Source of the DNA: an uncultured delta proteobacterium
GTDB lineage: Bacteria; Desulfobacterota; Desulfobacteria; Desulfobacterales; QNYZ01
Direction of reading: 5' to 3'
Assembly (NCBI GenBank): GCA_963845145.1
Contig: CAWJQU010000003.1
Location: 96,001-160,000, forward strand
Length of the DNA: 64,000 bases
The notes beneath the pieces were generated by a model, which was given only the letters and a program-made list of their open reading frames with translations, did not search any database and was not told the DNA's origin. Position 1 is the stretch's first letter. Each line of letters opens with the position of its first letter. The translations under genes were made by a program, and so were the position numbers. This document shows positions 9,685 through 19,341 of this stretch, one piece after another.

Positions 9685-11304
9685 ATGAAAAAAAAGGGAC
9701 TTAGCATTATTCTAGCCATTTGTCTTTTGGGTTTAATGAGCGCCCATGCTGCCGATAATCTGGAGCCCGTGCCGGAAATCGATTTTCTGACATGGGTACC
9801 GGCCAAGTTTATGGCTTACTACGAAACGAGTAACTATATCGCCGAAGAATGGCGCAAACTGGGCCTTGAAGTAAAGCTCAACCCTCAGAATTTACCCAAC
9901 CCCCTATTAACCTACTGGTTCAAAGAACATAAATTCGACGTCGTGGTTTCGGTCCTGTCGGGACTTCCCTATCGCATGGAACCCGATTTTTTCACCAATT
10001 CCCAGTTCAATTCCGAACACGCGAAACCCGGTAACTGGAATGTCGGGGAATACGCCAGCAAGACATTTGACGAAATCGGATTAAAACAACTTGAGATATA
10101 CGATCCGGAAAAACGTCAACCATTAATATATAAATTGCAGGAAATCCTTTTAGATGAAATGCCGGAGGCACCAGTTTACTATGAAGTGCAGAAAATGGGG
10201 ATCAATACCCAACACTGCAGTTTGGACTATGTAGACGCCCCGGACGGCTTGCGTTCCATCTGGAACCAGGTTAAATTTTTGCCTAAAAATGACGTTAAAT
10301 TCCTGAAAGTGGGTCGAATATCCGATCAGAAAACCTGGAATCCCATCGCAGCCAACCAATCCGATGATTTCGAGATGCTGAGGATGGTTTACGATCGCCT
10401 GGTTCAGATCGGCCCCAAAGGGGAAGTCAAAATGTGGGCGGCGGAAAGCGTTGATACGGTGGATGATTTAACCGTGGATGTGATGCTCCGTAAGGGCCTA
10501 AAATTTTCCGACGGCAACCCGTTAACCGCCGAGGATGTCAAATTTACCTACGAATACATGAAAAAATGGGAATCCGCCTATTTCCTCAAATACTTAAAAC
10601 CGATTAAAAGCATCGAGCTAAAGGGCGCTCATCAACTCCGGTTTAAACTTGATAAACCTTTTGCCCCGTTTGTGATGAATACACTGGGCCAGGTGTTTAT
10701 TATTCCCAAACATATTTGGGAAAATGTAGTGGAAAAAGAGGAGTTGACCAAACCCCAGGATTATAAAAATACACCTGTGGTGGGCAGCGGTGCCTTTGTC
10801 ATGGAATACTGGAAAGAATCTGAGGAGTTTATGCTGCGCGCCAATAAAGAGCACTTTATGGCGCCCAAAGCCGACCTGTTGTTCATCGTTTTCGGTTCCC
10901 GGGAGTTATGCAACTCCGCTTTGAAAAAAGGGAGCATCGATATCAACATCCAGGCCATTCCGGCTGAAGTGACCAAAGATTTTGCCAATGAAAAAGATCT
11001 TCAGATTTTCGACGTCAAATCCAACGGCTACACCGCCATACGGTACAATATCGGTCGGCCCATCTTTAAGCACAAGGCCCTGCGTCAGGCTTTGGCCCAT
11101 GCAATCCCCCATAAACGGATCATCGAAGAAGTATTGGGTGGCAACGCCGGCACGACGCCCACCGGTATCACCCCGGTAAATGCCTTCTGGCATAACAATA
11201 ACCTTAAAGTCCGCGAATATGACATTGAGAAAGCACGCGCCATCTTAAAGGATGCCGGCTTTCAATGGAATGAAAAAGGCCGATTGTGCTATCCGGCTAA
11301 ATAA
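9685..11304 (+). CDS. Family-5 (Opp/Dpp) ABC substrate-binding protein, circularly permuted
   Basis: Signal peptide; LRKGLKFSDGNPLTAEDVKFT, LRQALAHAI and YDIEKARAIL..AG motifs in non-canonical order. Confidence 0.9.
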   Translation: MKKKGLSIILAICLLGLMSAHAADNLEPVPEIDFLTWVPAKFMAYYETSNYIAEEWRKLGLEVKLNPQNLPNPLLTYWFKEHKFDVVVSVLSGLPYRMEPDFFTNSQFNSEHAKPGNWNVGEYASKTFDEIGLKQLEIYDPEKRQPLIYKLQEILLDEMPEAPVYYEVQKMGINTQHCSLDYVDAPDGLRSIWNQVKFLPKNDVKFLKVGRISDQKTWNPIAANQSDDFEMLRMVYDRLVQIGPKGEVKMWAAESVDTVDDLTVDVMLRKGLKFSDGNPLTAEDVKFTYEYMKKWESAYFLKYLKPIKSIELKGAHQLRFKLDKPFAPFVMNTLGQVFIIPKHIWENVVEKEELTKPQDYKNTPVVGSGAFVMEYWKESEEFMLRANKEHFMAPKADLLFIVFGSRELCNSALKKGSIDINIQAIPAEVTKDFANEKDLQIFDVKSNGYTAIRYNIGRPIFKHKALRQALAHAIPHKRIIEEVLGGNAGTTPTGITPVNAFWHNNNLKVREYDIEKARAILKDAGFQWNEKGRLCYPAK

Positions 11305-11310
11305 ACTCAA

Positions 11311-11353
11311 AAGGGGGACAGGGGGAGCGTTTTAGAGCCCCTGCTGTCCCCTT
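11311..11353 (+). terminator. GC-rich hairpin after SBP gene (mRNA stabiliser or attenuator)
   Basis: GGGGACAGGGG...CCCCTGCTGTCCCC; no U-tract. Confidence 0.5.
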
Positions 11354-11372
11354 CCATCAGGTTAAAAGCAAT

Positions 11373-12368
11373 ATGATCGCTGTTGTTCAACTAAAAAAAT
11401 ACTTCCCGGTCGTCTCCGGAATTCGGTCATTGTTCTCCAGATCCAAAGGCCGCTTCGTTAAAGCCGTGGACGATGTCAGTTTTAAGATTAATCGTGGAAA
11501 AGTCTTGGGACTGGTCGGCGAAAGCGGTTGCGGTAAAACCACTACGGGAAGAGTGATTGTAGGCCTTGACCCCCCCACAGAAGGGGATGTCTTCATTGAC
11601 GATCAGAGTTGCCGACAATTAAAAAAGGAAAATCGCAGGAAGTTCTACAACATGGTTCAAATGATTTTCCAGGACCCCTACGGTTCCATTAATCCACAGC
11701 ATAACGTCACCCAGATTTTATCGCGTCCCTTGCGTTATCAGGGTATCACCGAAAAGAACCGTATGACGGAAAAGGTCTGTGAGACATTGGAGCTGGTCGG
11801 GCTAAAACCGGCATCCGACTATTTGGAGAAATATCCTCACCAGCTGAGCGGGGGGCAACGGCAGCGTCTATGTATCGGCCGCGCCATCACGCTTGACCCT
11901 GAATTCCTTGTGGCCGATGAACCCATTTCCATGTTGGATGTAAGCATCAAATCGGGTATTCTGGCGCTCCTAAAGAACTTGATTGAACAAAAAAATCTAT
12001 CACTGCTTTACATTACCCACGATCTTGCCACCGTCAGCCATATTTGCCATTCCATCGCCATTATGTATTTGGGGCGGATCGTGGAAATCGGCGCGACCAC
12101 AAACGTGTTAAAACACCCCTTGCACCCTTACACACAGGCACTGATATCGGCGATTCCGATTCCCGATCCCGATTACAGCAGGGAAACCATTAAAATATCA
12201 GGGGCGATTCCAGATCCGATCAACTTGCCAAGCGGGTGTCGTTTCCACCCGCGATGTTCGCGGTCAACCCCAAAATGTATCGCCGATGAACCCGGTTTAT
12301 CGGCCGAAGGCATCAAACTCGGGGGCGGGCGTAAGGTCGCCTGTCATTATCCCCTGGCGGTCCAATGA
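11373..12368 (+). CDS. Oligopeptide ABC ATPase (OppF/DppF-like)
   Basis: GESGCGKTT, YPHQLSGGQRQR, HPYT, C-terminal GCRFHPRC...ACH. Confidence 0.93.
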   Translation: MIAVVQLKKYFPVVSGIRSLFSRSKGRFVKAVDDVSFKINRGKVLGLVGESGCGKTTTGRVIVGLDPPTEGDVFIDDQSCRQLKKENRRKFYNMVQMIFQDPYGSINPQHNVTQILSRPLRYQGITEKNRMTEKVCETLELVGLKPASDYLEKYPHQLSGGQRQRLCIGRAITLDPEFLVADEPISMLDVSIKSGILALLKNLIEQKNLSLLYITHDLATVSHICHSIAIMYLGRIVEIGATTNVLKHPLHPYTQALISAIPIPDPDYSRETIKISGAIPDPINLPSGCRFHPRCSRSTPKCIADEPGLSAEGIKLGGGRKVACHYPLAVQ

Positions 12369-12434
12369 CAACCACTATGAACCACAGACGTTTTTACCAC
12401 CAACCCAATATTTTTCCTAACGGGCTTTTAAAGA

Positions 12435-13409
12435 ATGGTTAGATATATCGTAAAAAGGCTGCTCTTTATGCTGCTGACGTTCTATGTGCTGGCCACACTG
12501 ATGTTCTTCATGTTCCGCATGTTGCCGGGAGATCCCACCATGACGGTGATAAGTTCAGCCCTGCAGCCTAAGGCCCAAGAAGCCATGAAGCGGCAGTACG
12601 GGCTTGATAAGCCAATGCATGAGCAATATCTGGCCTACCTTCGTAACATCGTCACTCTCGAGTTCGGCTATTCATTTCAACACAATCGCAAGGTCAGCCA
12701 GATGATTTCCGGTCGCATGCTGAATACCGTACTGCTGATCCTGCCGGCCATGATAACCGCTTATCTGCTTGGAATCATTGGCGGTGCACTGATTGCCTGG
12801 AAACGGGGTGGAAAACTTGAAATCGGAGCAGTGGTGGCAGCTACGGCATTTCAATCCGCACCGGTTTTCTGGATAGGAATGCTCGGTCTATTTGTCTTTT
12901 CCGTTCATTTAGACATATTCCCCTTAGGTCATATTCTCTCCCCGGGTATGCACTATGGCCAAACTGCTTTGCAAAAATATTTCAGCCTGGATTTTTTACA
13001 CCACCTGGCACTGCCGTTTATCGTGACCACACTTTATAATGTTTGTTTTCCACTGCTTTTAATGCGCAGCAGTATGCTGGAGACTTTCGGTGAGGATTTT
13101 ATCGAATTATGCAAGATGAAAGGGTTGCGGGAAAAGCGAATTATCTTCAAACATGCCCTGCGCAACTCCTGCTTGCCCATTGCAACGACGATACCGCTCA
13201 TTTTGGGTTGGGCCGTGGCCGGGTCAGTGGTCATCGAAACGGTTTTCTCCTGGCCGGGCTTGGGTTTGTTGATGGTCGAAGCGGTACAACGCAGCGATTA
13301 TCCGGTTGTTCAGGCCTGTTTTCTACTGATCGCCATCTTGACAATCGCCGGTAATTTTATCGCCGATTTGCTATACGGTATTCTTGATCCCAGAATTGTT
13401 TATGAATAA
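12435..13409 (+). CDS. Oligopeptide ABC permease (OppB/DppB-like)
   Basis: PGDP, KHALRN, IETVFSWPGLG, LDPRI. Confidence 0.93.
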   Translation: MVRYIVKRLLFMLLTFYVLATLMFFMFRMLPGDPTMTVISSALQPKAQEAMKRQYGLDKPMHEQYLAYLRNIVTLEFGYSFQHNRKVSQMISGRMLNTVLLILPAMITAYLLGIIGGALIAWKRGGKLEIGAVVAATAFQSAPVFWIGMLGLFVFSVHLDIFPLGHILSPGMHYGQTALQKYFSLDFLHHLALPFIVTTLYNVCFPLLLMRSSMLETFGEDFIELCKMKGLREKRIIFKHALRNSCLPIATTIPLILGWAVAGSVVIETVFSWPGLGLLMVEAVQRSDYPVVQACFLLIAILTIAGNFIADLLYGILDPRIVYE

Positions 13410-13497
13410 GGATCGTCTATGAACAAGCGAATCGATTATACCAGCCGTCACCCAATGATGGCGTCAACTATTTTACGATTATGTCGGAGTCAAACTC

Positions 13498-14352
13498 GTG
13501 ACAGGTAATTTTCTTCGGCTGGTCGCGTCTTCGCGAATCGGCCTCATGGGCCTTATCGGCTTTTGTTTTTTTGTGGGTGTTGCCGTACTTGCGCCTATTT
13601 TGGCTCCGTACGCCCCTATGGAAAAACACTACGACGAAGCAGAACGGTTAATGAAGCTTGATCCGCCCTCAAAAGCCCATCCATTCGGCACCACCATTTT
13701 GGGGCGCGACGTGTTCAGCCAGCTAATATGGGGCACCCGGCCTGCGCTTGTAATCGGGTTAAGCACGGCCATCGGCGTCATTCTGATAGGCGTGAATATC
13801 GGCTTGATCGCCGGCTACTACGGGGGTTGGATTGACAACCTTCTCATGCGCATCACGGATATCTTCATGGGGGTGCCCTTTCTACCTTTTATCATCGTCG
13901 TTTTATCTTTAACGGAACAAAGCATGTTCACGATCATTATGGCCATGGTTATTATCATGTGGCGTTCTACCGCGCGTGTCATTCGTTCACAGGTGCTCTC
14001 GCTCCGCGAGCGACCTTTCGTTGATGCCGCCCGTATTTCAGGGGCAAGCAATTTTCAGATCATCTACTTTGAAATTGCACCCAATATCTTACCCATTGCC
14101 CTGGTAAATATCGCCTTTGCGTTGGCCTGGTCCATCATTACTGAGGCGAGTATCGGGTTTCTGGGTTTTGGAGATCCTGATGTATTAAGCTGGGGCACCA
14201 TTATTTATCGCGCTTTTGCATCGGAAATGTCCTACAAGGCTTGGTGGTGGGTCATTCCACCTGGGATAGCGATTATGCTCCTGGTTACGTCAGCCTACTT
14301 TATCGGACGGGCCTACGAAGAGATGATCAACCCTCGGCTCAAACGCTGGTAA
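13498..14352 (+). CDS. Oligopeptide ABC permease (OppC/DppC-like); start uncertain
   Basis: HPFGT..GRD, FVDAARISGAS, PPG; an RBS-preceded ATG at 13419 is in another frame, so a 5' indel is possible. Confidence 0.9.
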   Translation: MTGNFLRLVASSRIGLMGLIGFCFFVGVAVLAPILAPYAPMEKHYDEAERLMKLDPPSKAHPFGTTILGRDVFSQLIWGTRPALVIGLSTAIGVILIGVNIGLIAGYYGGWIDNLLMRITDIFMGVPFLPFIIVVLSLTEQSMFTIIMAMVIIMWRSTARVIRSQVLSLRERPFVDAARISGASNFQIIYFEIAPNILPIALVNIAFALAWSIITEASIGFLGFGDPDVLSWGTIIYRAFASEMSYKAWWWVIPPGIAIMLLVTSAYFIGRAYEEMINPRLKRW

Positions 14353-14425
14353 GCCCTCGAGATCGGTCAGTCCCAACGATGAAGTCGTTGATGAATCCAT
14401 CTGCTATAGAAGAAAGTATCAATAA

Positions 14426-15460
14426 ATGTCTCTGCTGAAGGTAGAAAATTTAAAAACCATTTACCGTACTGAAAAAGGGAACGTCACCGGAATAGAGGAT
14501 GTTAATTTTGCCCTGGAACATGGCCGTAGTTTCGGCATTGTGGGTGAGTCCGGATGCGGTAAATCAACGTTGCTAAAATCGATTATCGGTGTTCTACCGG
14601 CCAATGCATATATTGCCGGCGGACATGTGTACTTAAATGATAAGGAGCTGACCGCGTTAGATGATACACAGTTGAGTCGCATTCGGTGGCAGGAGATCTC
14701 GATGATCACTCAAAGTGCCATGAATGCCCTTGACCCGGTATATACCGTTGGCTATCAGATTACCGAAGCGATTTTAGCCCATAGAGACATGGACAAAAAA
14801 TCGGCCCGAAAGCAAGTTGAGAAGATGTTTGAGCTTGTCGGTATCGATGTCGACCGTTATTCCGAGTATCCTCACCAATACAGCGGCGGCATGCGTCAAC
14901 GGGCCATTATAGCCATGAGCCTTATCTTGCATCCATCCGTTGTCATCGCCGATGAGCCGACTACCTCACTCGATGTGATTGTTCAGGATCAAATTTTTAA
15001 AAACATTAAAAAATTACAGGACGAAATTGGTTTTTCGTTGTTGCTTGTAACCCATGATATCGCCCTTGTTATAGAAAATTGTGATGAAATTGCCGTCATG
15101 TACGGCGGCCGAATCATGGAAATCGGTCCCATGCGGTCGGTAATCAAAAACACATTTCACCCCTACACCATGGGGTTGAAAAATGCTTTTCCCAATATTC
15201 ATAACCCCCAGTCCGAACTGATTTCAATCCCCGGTGTACCACCAAGCCTTTTGGGAGAATTGAAAGGTTGCCGTTTTATTTCCCGCTGCCCGTTTTCCGG
15301 CCCTATTTGTCGGAATGAAGTGCCACCGCTGGTCAGTGTCGAAAATAACCATCAGGCGGCCTGTCACCATCTTGATAAAGTCGAAACCATGCGAACACTC
15401 TCCGTTCAACCCGGCACGTGGCGCGAGTCGGCATCGGATAGCATTCAAACCGCAACATAG
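14426..15460 (+). CDS. Oligopeptide ABC ATPase (OppD/DppD-like)
   Basis: GESGCGKST, YPHQYSGGMRQR, IADEPTT, HPYT. Confidence 0.93.
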   Translation: MSLLKVENLKTIYRTEKGNVTGIEDVNFALEHGRSFGIVGESGCGKSTLLKSIIGVLPANAYIAGGHVYLNDKELTALDDTQLSRIRWQEISMITQSAMNALDPVYTVGYQITEAILAHRDMDKKSARKQVEKMFELVGIDVDRYSEYPHQYSGGMRQRAIIAMSLILHPSVVIADEPTTSLDVIVQDQIFKNIKKLQDEIGFSLLLVTHDIALVIENCDEIAVMYGGRIMEIGPMRSVIKNTFHPYTMGLKNAFPNIHNPQSELISIPGVPPSLLGELKGCRFISRCPFSGPICRNEVPPLVSVENNHQAACHHLDKVETMRTLSVQPGTWRESASDSIQTAT

Positions 15461-15479
15461 CATAGGAGGTCGTGAGAAT

Positions 15480-15959
15480 ATGACAGCATTACAATTAGAA
15501 AAAGGTGAGGCTATTTACTTTGCGTACGGTACCCTGCTGGAACTGAAATCCATGCAAAAATACTGTCCTTCTGTAAAATCGTTAGGGATCTATCGACTAA
15601 AGGATTTTCGTCTTGATTTTAAAACTTGCGGCCCCGATCCGGCCACGGGTGGATGCACGCTGACCAAAGATCCAGAAAACATCATGTACGGTGTTCTATA
15701 TAAGATGCCAACGGCTGAGCGTCTGGAGCTGGATAAAGTGTCCGGTCTCGATAAGGGCCTATGGGCCAAGTTCGATATCACCTTGCTTGACGATAAAGAC
15801 GGCGCCATACCGGCCAACACCTACATCATTCCAAACCCAAGCGGCCCTCAAAGTCCGTCGGCTGAATATGTTCGACCGATCATAGCTGGGGCCGCGGAAA
15901 TTCAGCTACCCCAAGACTACATCAACCAACTGACCACAATCATAAAAAACGCCATGTAA
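15480..15959 (+). CDS. Gamma-glutamylcyclotransferase (GGCT/AIG2-like) family protein
   Basis: AGGAGG RBS; YFAYGT, YGVLY, LD, PS.EY..I..GA....LP..Y motifs. Confidence 0.85.
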   Translation: MTALQLEKGEAIYFAYGTLLELKSMQKYCPSVKSLGIYRLKDFRLDFKTCGPDPATGGCTLTKDPENIMYGVLYKMPTAERLELDKVSGLDKGLWAKFDITLLDDKDGAIPANTYIIPNPSGPQSPSAEYVRPIIAGAAEIQLPQDYINQLTTIIKNAM

Positions 15960-16003
15960 GCCATCGTATCCGTCAGACCCAAGCGCCGGGTCTTCGTCCA
16001 TTG

Positions 16004-16028
16004 CCGGGGAAACCTTCACTTTCCCCGG
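16004..16028. terminator. Hairpin between convergent GGCT and MATE genes
   Basis: CCGGGGAAA-loop-TTTCCCCGG. Confidence 0.55.
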
Positions 16029-16042
16029 TCACCCGGTGAAAT

Positions 16043-17440
16043 CTAAACCACAACCTCCTTTTCCACCACCAACATGCCCACCCATTTACCCTTCCTGTAA
16101 CGAAGCGAGGTAATCAGGAAAAGAGTGGTGATGAACACCAACACACACAGCCACGCATAGCCGACGCCCTGACCAAAAATCTCAATCCCGACATAGATCG
16201 GAATGACCATGACAAACAGGGAAACGAACCCCATACTCCACATCAAAAAGCGTGTATCCCCGGCACCTTTCAACACGCCGGCAAAAGTCATATAAAGGGC
16301 ATCCATAAATACATAGACGGCTACAATGCGTAAAAGGGCGACGCCTGTATCCGATATCAGGGCAAACTCGGCCGCGGTCTCACTTGCGGGGATAAAAAGG
16401 GCCATCACCCAGCCGGGAGCAAAAATAAAAATCAGGTCAATAATAAAAGTATAGGCCAAGAGAATATGAATCGCGCTCCAGGCGGCGGCTTTGGCTTCCT
16501 GGGGGCGCTTGCGACCCAGAGCCTGCCCCACCAGAGCGCTGACACCATAGGAAAAACCAATCGCCGGCATAAAAGCCAACGAATTGATGGATATCACCAT
16601 ATTGCTCACGGCCAGTTCACCTTTACCGATCCGACCCACCATAAATATAAAGAAAGTAAAAGCGAAAATATCAATGCTGAACTGCATGGCGGCGGGAATA
16701 CCGAATCGCATCAGGCGGGTAAAAAGCCTGGCATCATAGATCGCGCTTCGCACTCGGAATGTCCGGTGGTTTGCCGCACTAAATATCGTCAGGCAGTACA
16801 ACAGCATGATCAGTCCCCAAGATGTCACGGTGGCGATGGCTGCGCCCGTGATACCGAGTTCCGGCAAGATCCAAATGCCGTTAATCAAGGCATAATCAAG
16901 GGGTATGTTGGCGGCCATTCCAACGGCATTAATAACCATGACCGGACGGGTCATACCTCTACCGGCAAAAAAACCGGAAAGGGCGTTGTTGCTGATATGG
17001 AAAATCGCCCCCCAACCGAGAATTCTGAAATAAATAACCTCCAAACGTTGAACCTCCGGCGCGTGCCCCGCCAAATCAAACAATGGCGGTGCAATCAAAG
17101 TCGCCAAAAAGGCGGTTAAAACGCCAGAAAACAAACTGAAATATATTCCCTGCCACAGGGCGAGTCCCACCCGGCTATGGGCATCCGCCCCGCTATACTG
17201 AGCGATAAATACGCTCGTATAACCGGCGATGCCCCCAAAAAATGCTATCAAGAGAAATGCGGCGATCCCGGCCGGTACCGCCGCTGAAATGGCCTCCAGG
17301 CTATAATTGGACAAAAAAACCCGGTCGGTAAATTCCATAACCGTCACCGCGGCCATACTCACCACCAGGGGCAGGCAGACAGTGACAACCTCCCTGTATC
17401 TGTTTTTTTGCTTCCATGCGTTAAAAACGATCATATCCAC
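16043..17440 (-). CDS. MATE-family efflux transporter
   Basis: About 12 TM; PELGITGAAIAT, VGQALG, LKGAGDT. Confidence 0.93.
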   Translation of the reverse strand: MDMIVFNAWKQKNRYREVVTVCLPLVVSMAAVTVMEFTDRVFLSNYSLEAISAAVPAGIAAFLLIAFFGGIAGYTSVFIAQYSGADAHSRVGLALWQGIYFSLFSGVLTAFLATLIAPPLFDLAGHAPEVQRLEVIYFRILGWGAIFHISNNALSGFFAGRGMTRPVMVINAVGMAANIPLDYALINGIWILPELGITGAAIATVTSWGLIMLLYCLTIFSAANHRTFRVRSAIYDARLFTRLMRFGIPAAMQFSIDIFAFTFFIFMVGRIGKGELAVSNMVISINSLAFMPAIGFSYGVSALVGQALGRKRPQEAKAAAWSAIHILLAYTFIIDLIFIFAPGWVMALFIPASETAAEFALISDTGVALLRIVAVYVFMDALYMTFAGVLKGAGDTRFLMWSMGFVSLFVMVIPIYVGIEIFGQGVGYAWLCVLVFITTLFLITSLRYRKGKWVGMLVVEKEVVV

Positions 17441-17660
17441 CGATCTTGGGATCTAATAACCCATTTTTTTTGTAACTGAAAAAGCAATTTAGGGATTCAG
17501 TTGCCCGATGGGCTACCTTTGCTGGCCAAGCGGGGGTTCAAAATGATCTTCGAAAACATATCTCTGATCTTCATATGAAATTGTAATACTGCTAACCATA
17601 AAAAGAATCGCTTGAGTAAATAACGTGGATTTTTAAAATCAACTTGTATATAATGAACGG

Positions 17661-17942
17661 ATGCAAAACGACCATATAACCCCCAAGATGAGCCAAAAGG
17701 TATTCACCCTCGGTCTTGATACCGAAACGGTATCTCTTTACTTGCTATGCTGTGGTCTGGCAGATATCGGGAATACCCTTTCCGATAAATCCCTGACAGG
17801 GATATGGAATGGAACTGCGGAATCGCTCCAGGTGGGACTGGATCAATTGATCGCCCATGGGATTTTACGACAAGTGATATCCGACGGCGATCAGCAAGCG
17901 GTATACCATTTGGTCGATGAAGACCATTGGCACCGGTCCTAA
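17661..17942 (+). CDS. Small hypothetical protein, possible winged-helix fold
   Basis: 93-aa ORF with TATAAT at 17649-17654 just upstream. Confidence 0.65.
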   Translation: MQNDHITPKMSQKVFTLGLDTETVSLYLLCCGLADIGNTLSDKSLTGIWNGTAESLQVGLDQLIAHGILRQVISDGDQQAVYHLVDEDHWHRS

Positions 17943-18343
17943 ACCTTTTCCTGCTGTTTGATAGCCTCAAGTGTTTCGGTGCGAATCTGCTCATCCGACG
18001 CATCGACGTTCATCCCCGGACAACTGCCGGCCATTATCCGCCAGTTGTCGTTATCGATGAGCACGCCTTTAATGAACGGCCATGCCTTGCACATCTTTGG
18101 CTTAACCGGATGAATGGTGCAGAGTGTATTCCAGAAAGTACAGTGCCCGGAAGCTTGCTGAGCCAGCATGCGCTGCTTGCCCGAATAGATGCAGTGGGTT
18201 TGGATAAACCGATCCAAAGGCATGTTGAGATATTCGGCAATGGCGTGGGCGTCTTTATCTGAAATCACCGTACCCCCGTAACCCTTGCAGCAATCACCGC
18301 ATTGTGTGCATTGGAAAATCGGGCCCATAGAATTACATTCCAT
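17939..18343 (-). CDS. YkgJ-family cysteine-cluster protein
   Basis: FQCTQCGDCC...C.F....C.IH..KP..C..WPF. Confidence 0.9.
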   Translation of the reverse strand: MECNSMGPIFQCTQCGDCCKGYGGTVISDKDAHAIAEYLNMPLDRFIQTHCIYSGKQRMLAQQASGHCTFWNTLCTIHPVKPKMCKAWPFIKGVLIDNDNWRIMAGSCPGMNVDASDEQIRTETLEAIKQQEKV

Positions 18344-18932
18344 GCCGACGGTCCATGGCTTTTTTAAGCGTCACTTGATCGATGTATTTCAAATCCCCCC
18401 CCATGGGAACGCCGGAAGCGATTCGAGAAACCTTGACCGGAAGATGCTCAAGCTTTTGGGCTAGAAACGAAGCGGTTGATTCACCTTCCGTATTGGTTCC
18501 GGTGGCCAGAACGACTTCCTTTATCGGCTCCGAGCTGAAACGAGCCATCAGTTCCTTTATCCGCAAAGCGTCCGGCCCAATACCGTCCATAGGGGATAAA
18601 GCCCCTTGAAGGATATGATACAATCCCTGCCACGCCCCCGATTTTTCGATAGAGACCATATCCGCGGGCTGCTCAACCACGCAAACCTTTGATCGATCTC
18701 TGGCAGGATTATTACAGATCCGGCAACGCTCGGCATCACTCAAAGTAAAACAGAGCCGACAAAGGCCGGTTTTTTCTTTGACCTCAACAATTCGACGGGC
18801 CAGCAATTCCATCTCTTTGCGAGGGGTTTTTAATATATACATGGCCAGTCGCTCAGCGGTTTTAGTGCCGATGCCTGGAAGCTTGGATAGACTTTGGATT
18901 AACTGCTGAATCGTTTCAGGATAATGGTTCAT
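18333..18932 (-). CDS. recR: Recombination mediator RecR
   Basis: LPGIG.KTAERLA HhH, C4 zinc finger, Toprim EGESTA. Confidence 0.97.
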   Translation of the reverse strand: MNHYPETIQQLIQSLSKLPGIGTKTAERLAMYILKTPRKEMELLARRIVEVKEKTGLCRLCFTLSDAERCRICNNPARDRSKVCVVEQPADMVSIEKSGAWQGLYHILQGALSPMDGIGPDALRIKELMARFSSEPIKEVVLATGTNTEGESTASFLAQKLEHLPVKVSRIASGVPMGGDLKYIDQVTLKKAMDRRHGM

Positions 18933-19029
18933 TTGGCATTCCTATCGGTCAGCAATCTAAAAAACCGGATTAAGGACATATTATGGTATAATAGCAAAGA
19001 CACCGACACGTTTCATGATCGCAGGGGAT

Positions 19030-19341
19030 CTACATCAGGCCGGGAATATTCAACCCTCCGGTCAACTTCCCCATTTCGCTTGTCATCATTTCCTGGGCAC
19101 GGGTCAACGCGTCATTCACTGCCGCTAACACCAAATCCTGAAGCATATCCACATCTTCGGGATCCACCACCTCTTTTTCAATTTCGATGGAAACGACTTT
19201 TTGCTGGCCATTGGCAATCACCTTGACCATGCCGCCTCCGGCGCTGGCCTCGACGGTTTTTTGGGCCAGCTCTTCTTGCATTTTTGCCATTTTCCCTTGC
19301 AATTTTTGTGCTTGCTTAAGCATGTTGCCCATGCCTTTCAT
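19030..19341 (-). CDS. ybaB: YbaB/EbfC nucleoid-associated protein
   Basis: [27 protein letters not shown]; position between dnaX and recR. Confidence 0.96.
   Translation of the reverse strand: MKGMGNMLKQAQKLQGKMAKMQEELAQKTVEASAGGGMVKVIANGQQKVVSIEIEKEVVDPEDVDMLQDLVLAAVNDALTRAQEMMTSEMGKLTGGLNIPGLM

Noticed and set aside
16466..17119. 217-aa antisense ORF, and many similar shadow ORFs in the track
   Set aside because: They lie opposite or out of frame within well-supported genes and show no motifs or RBS
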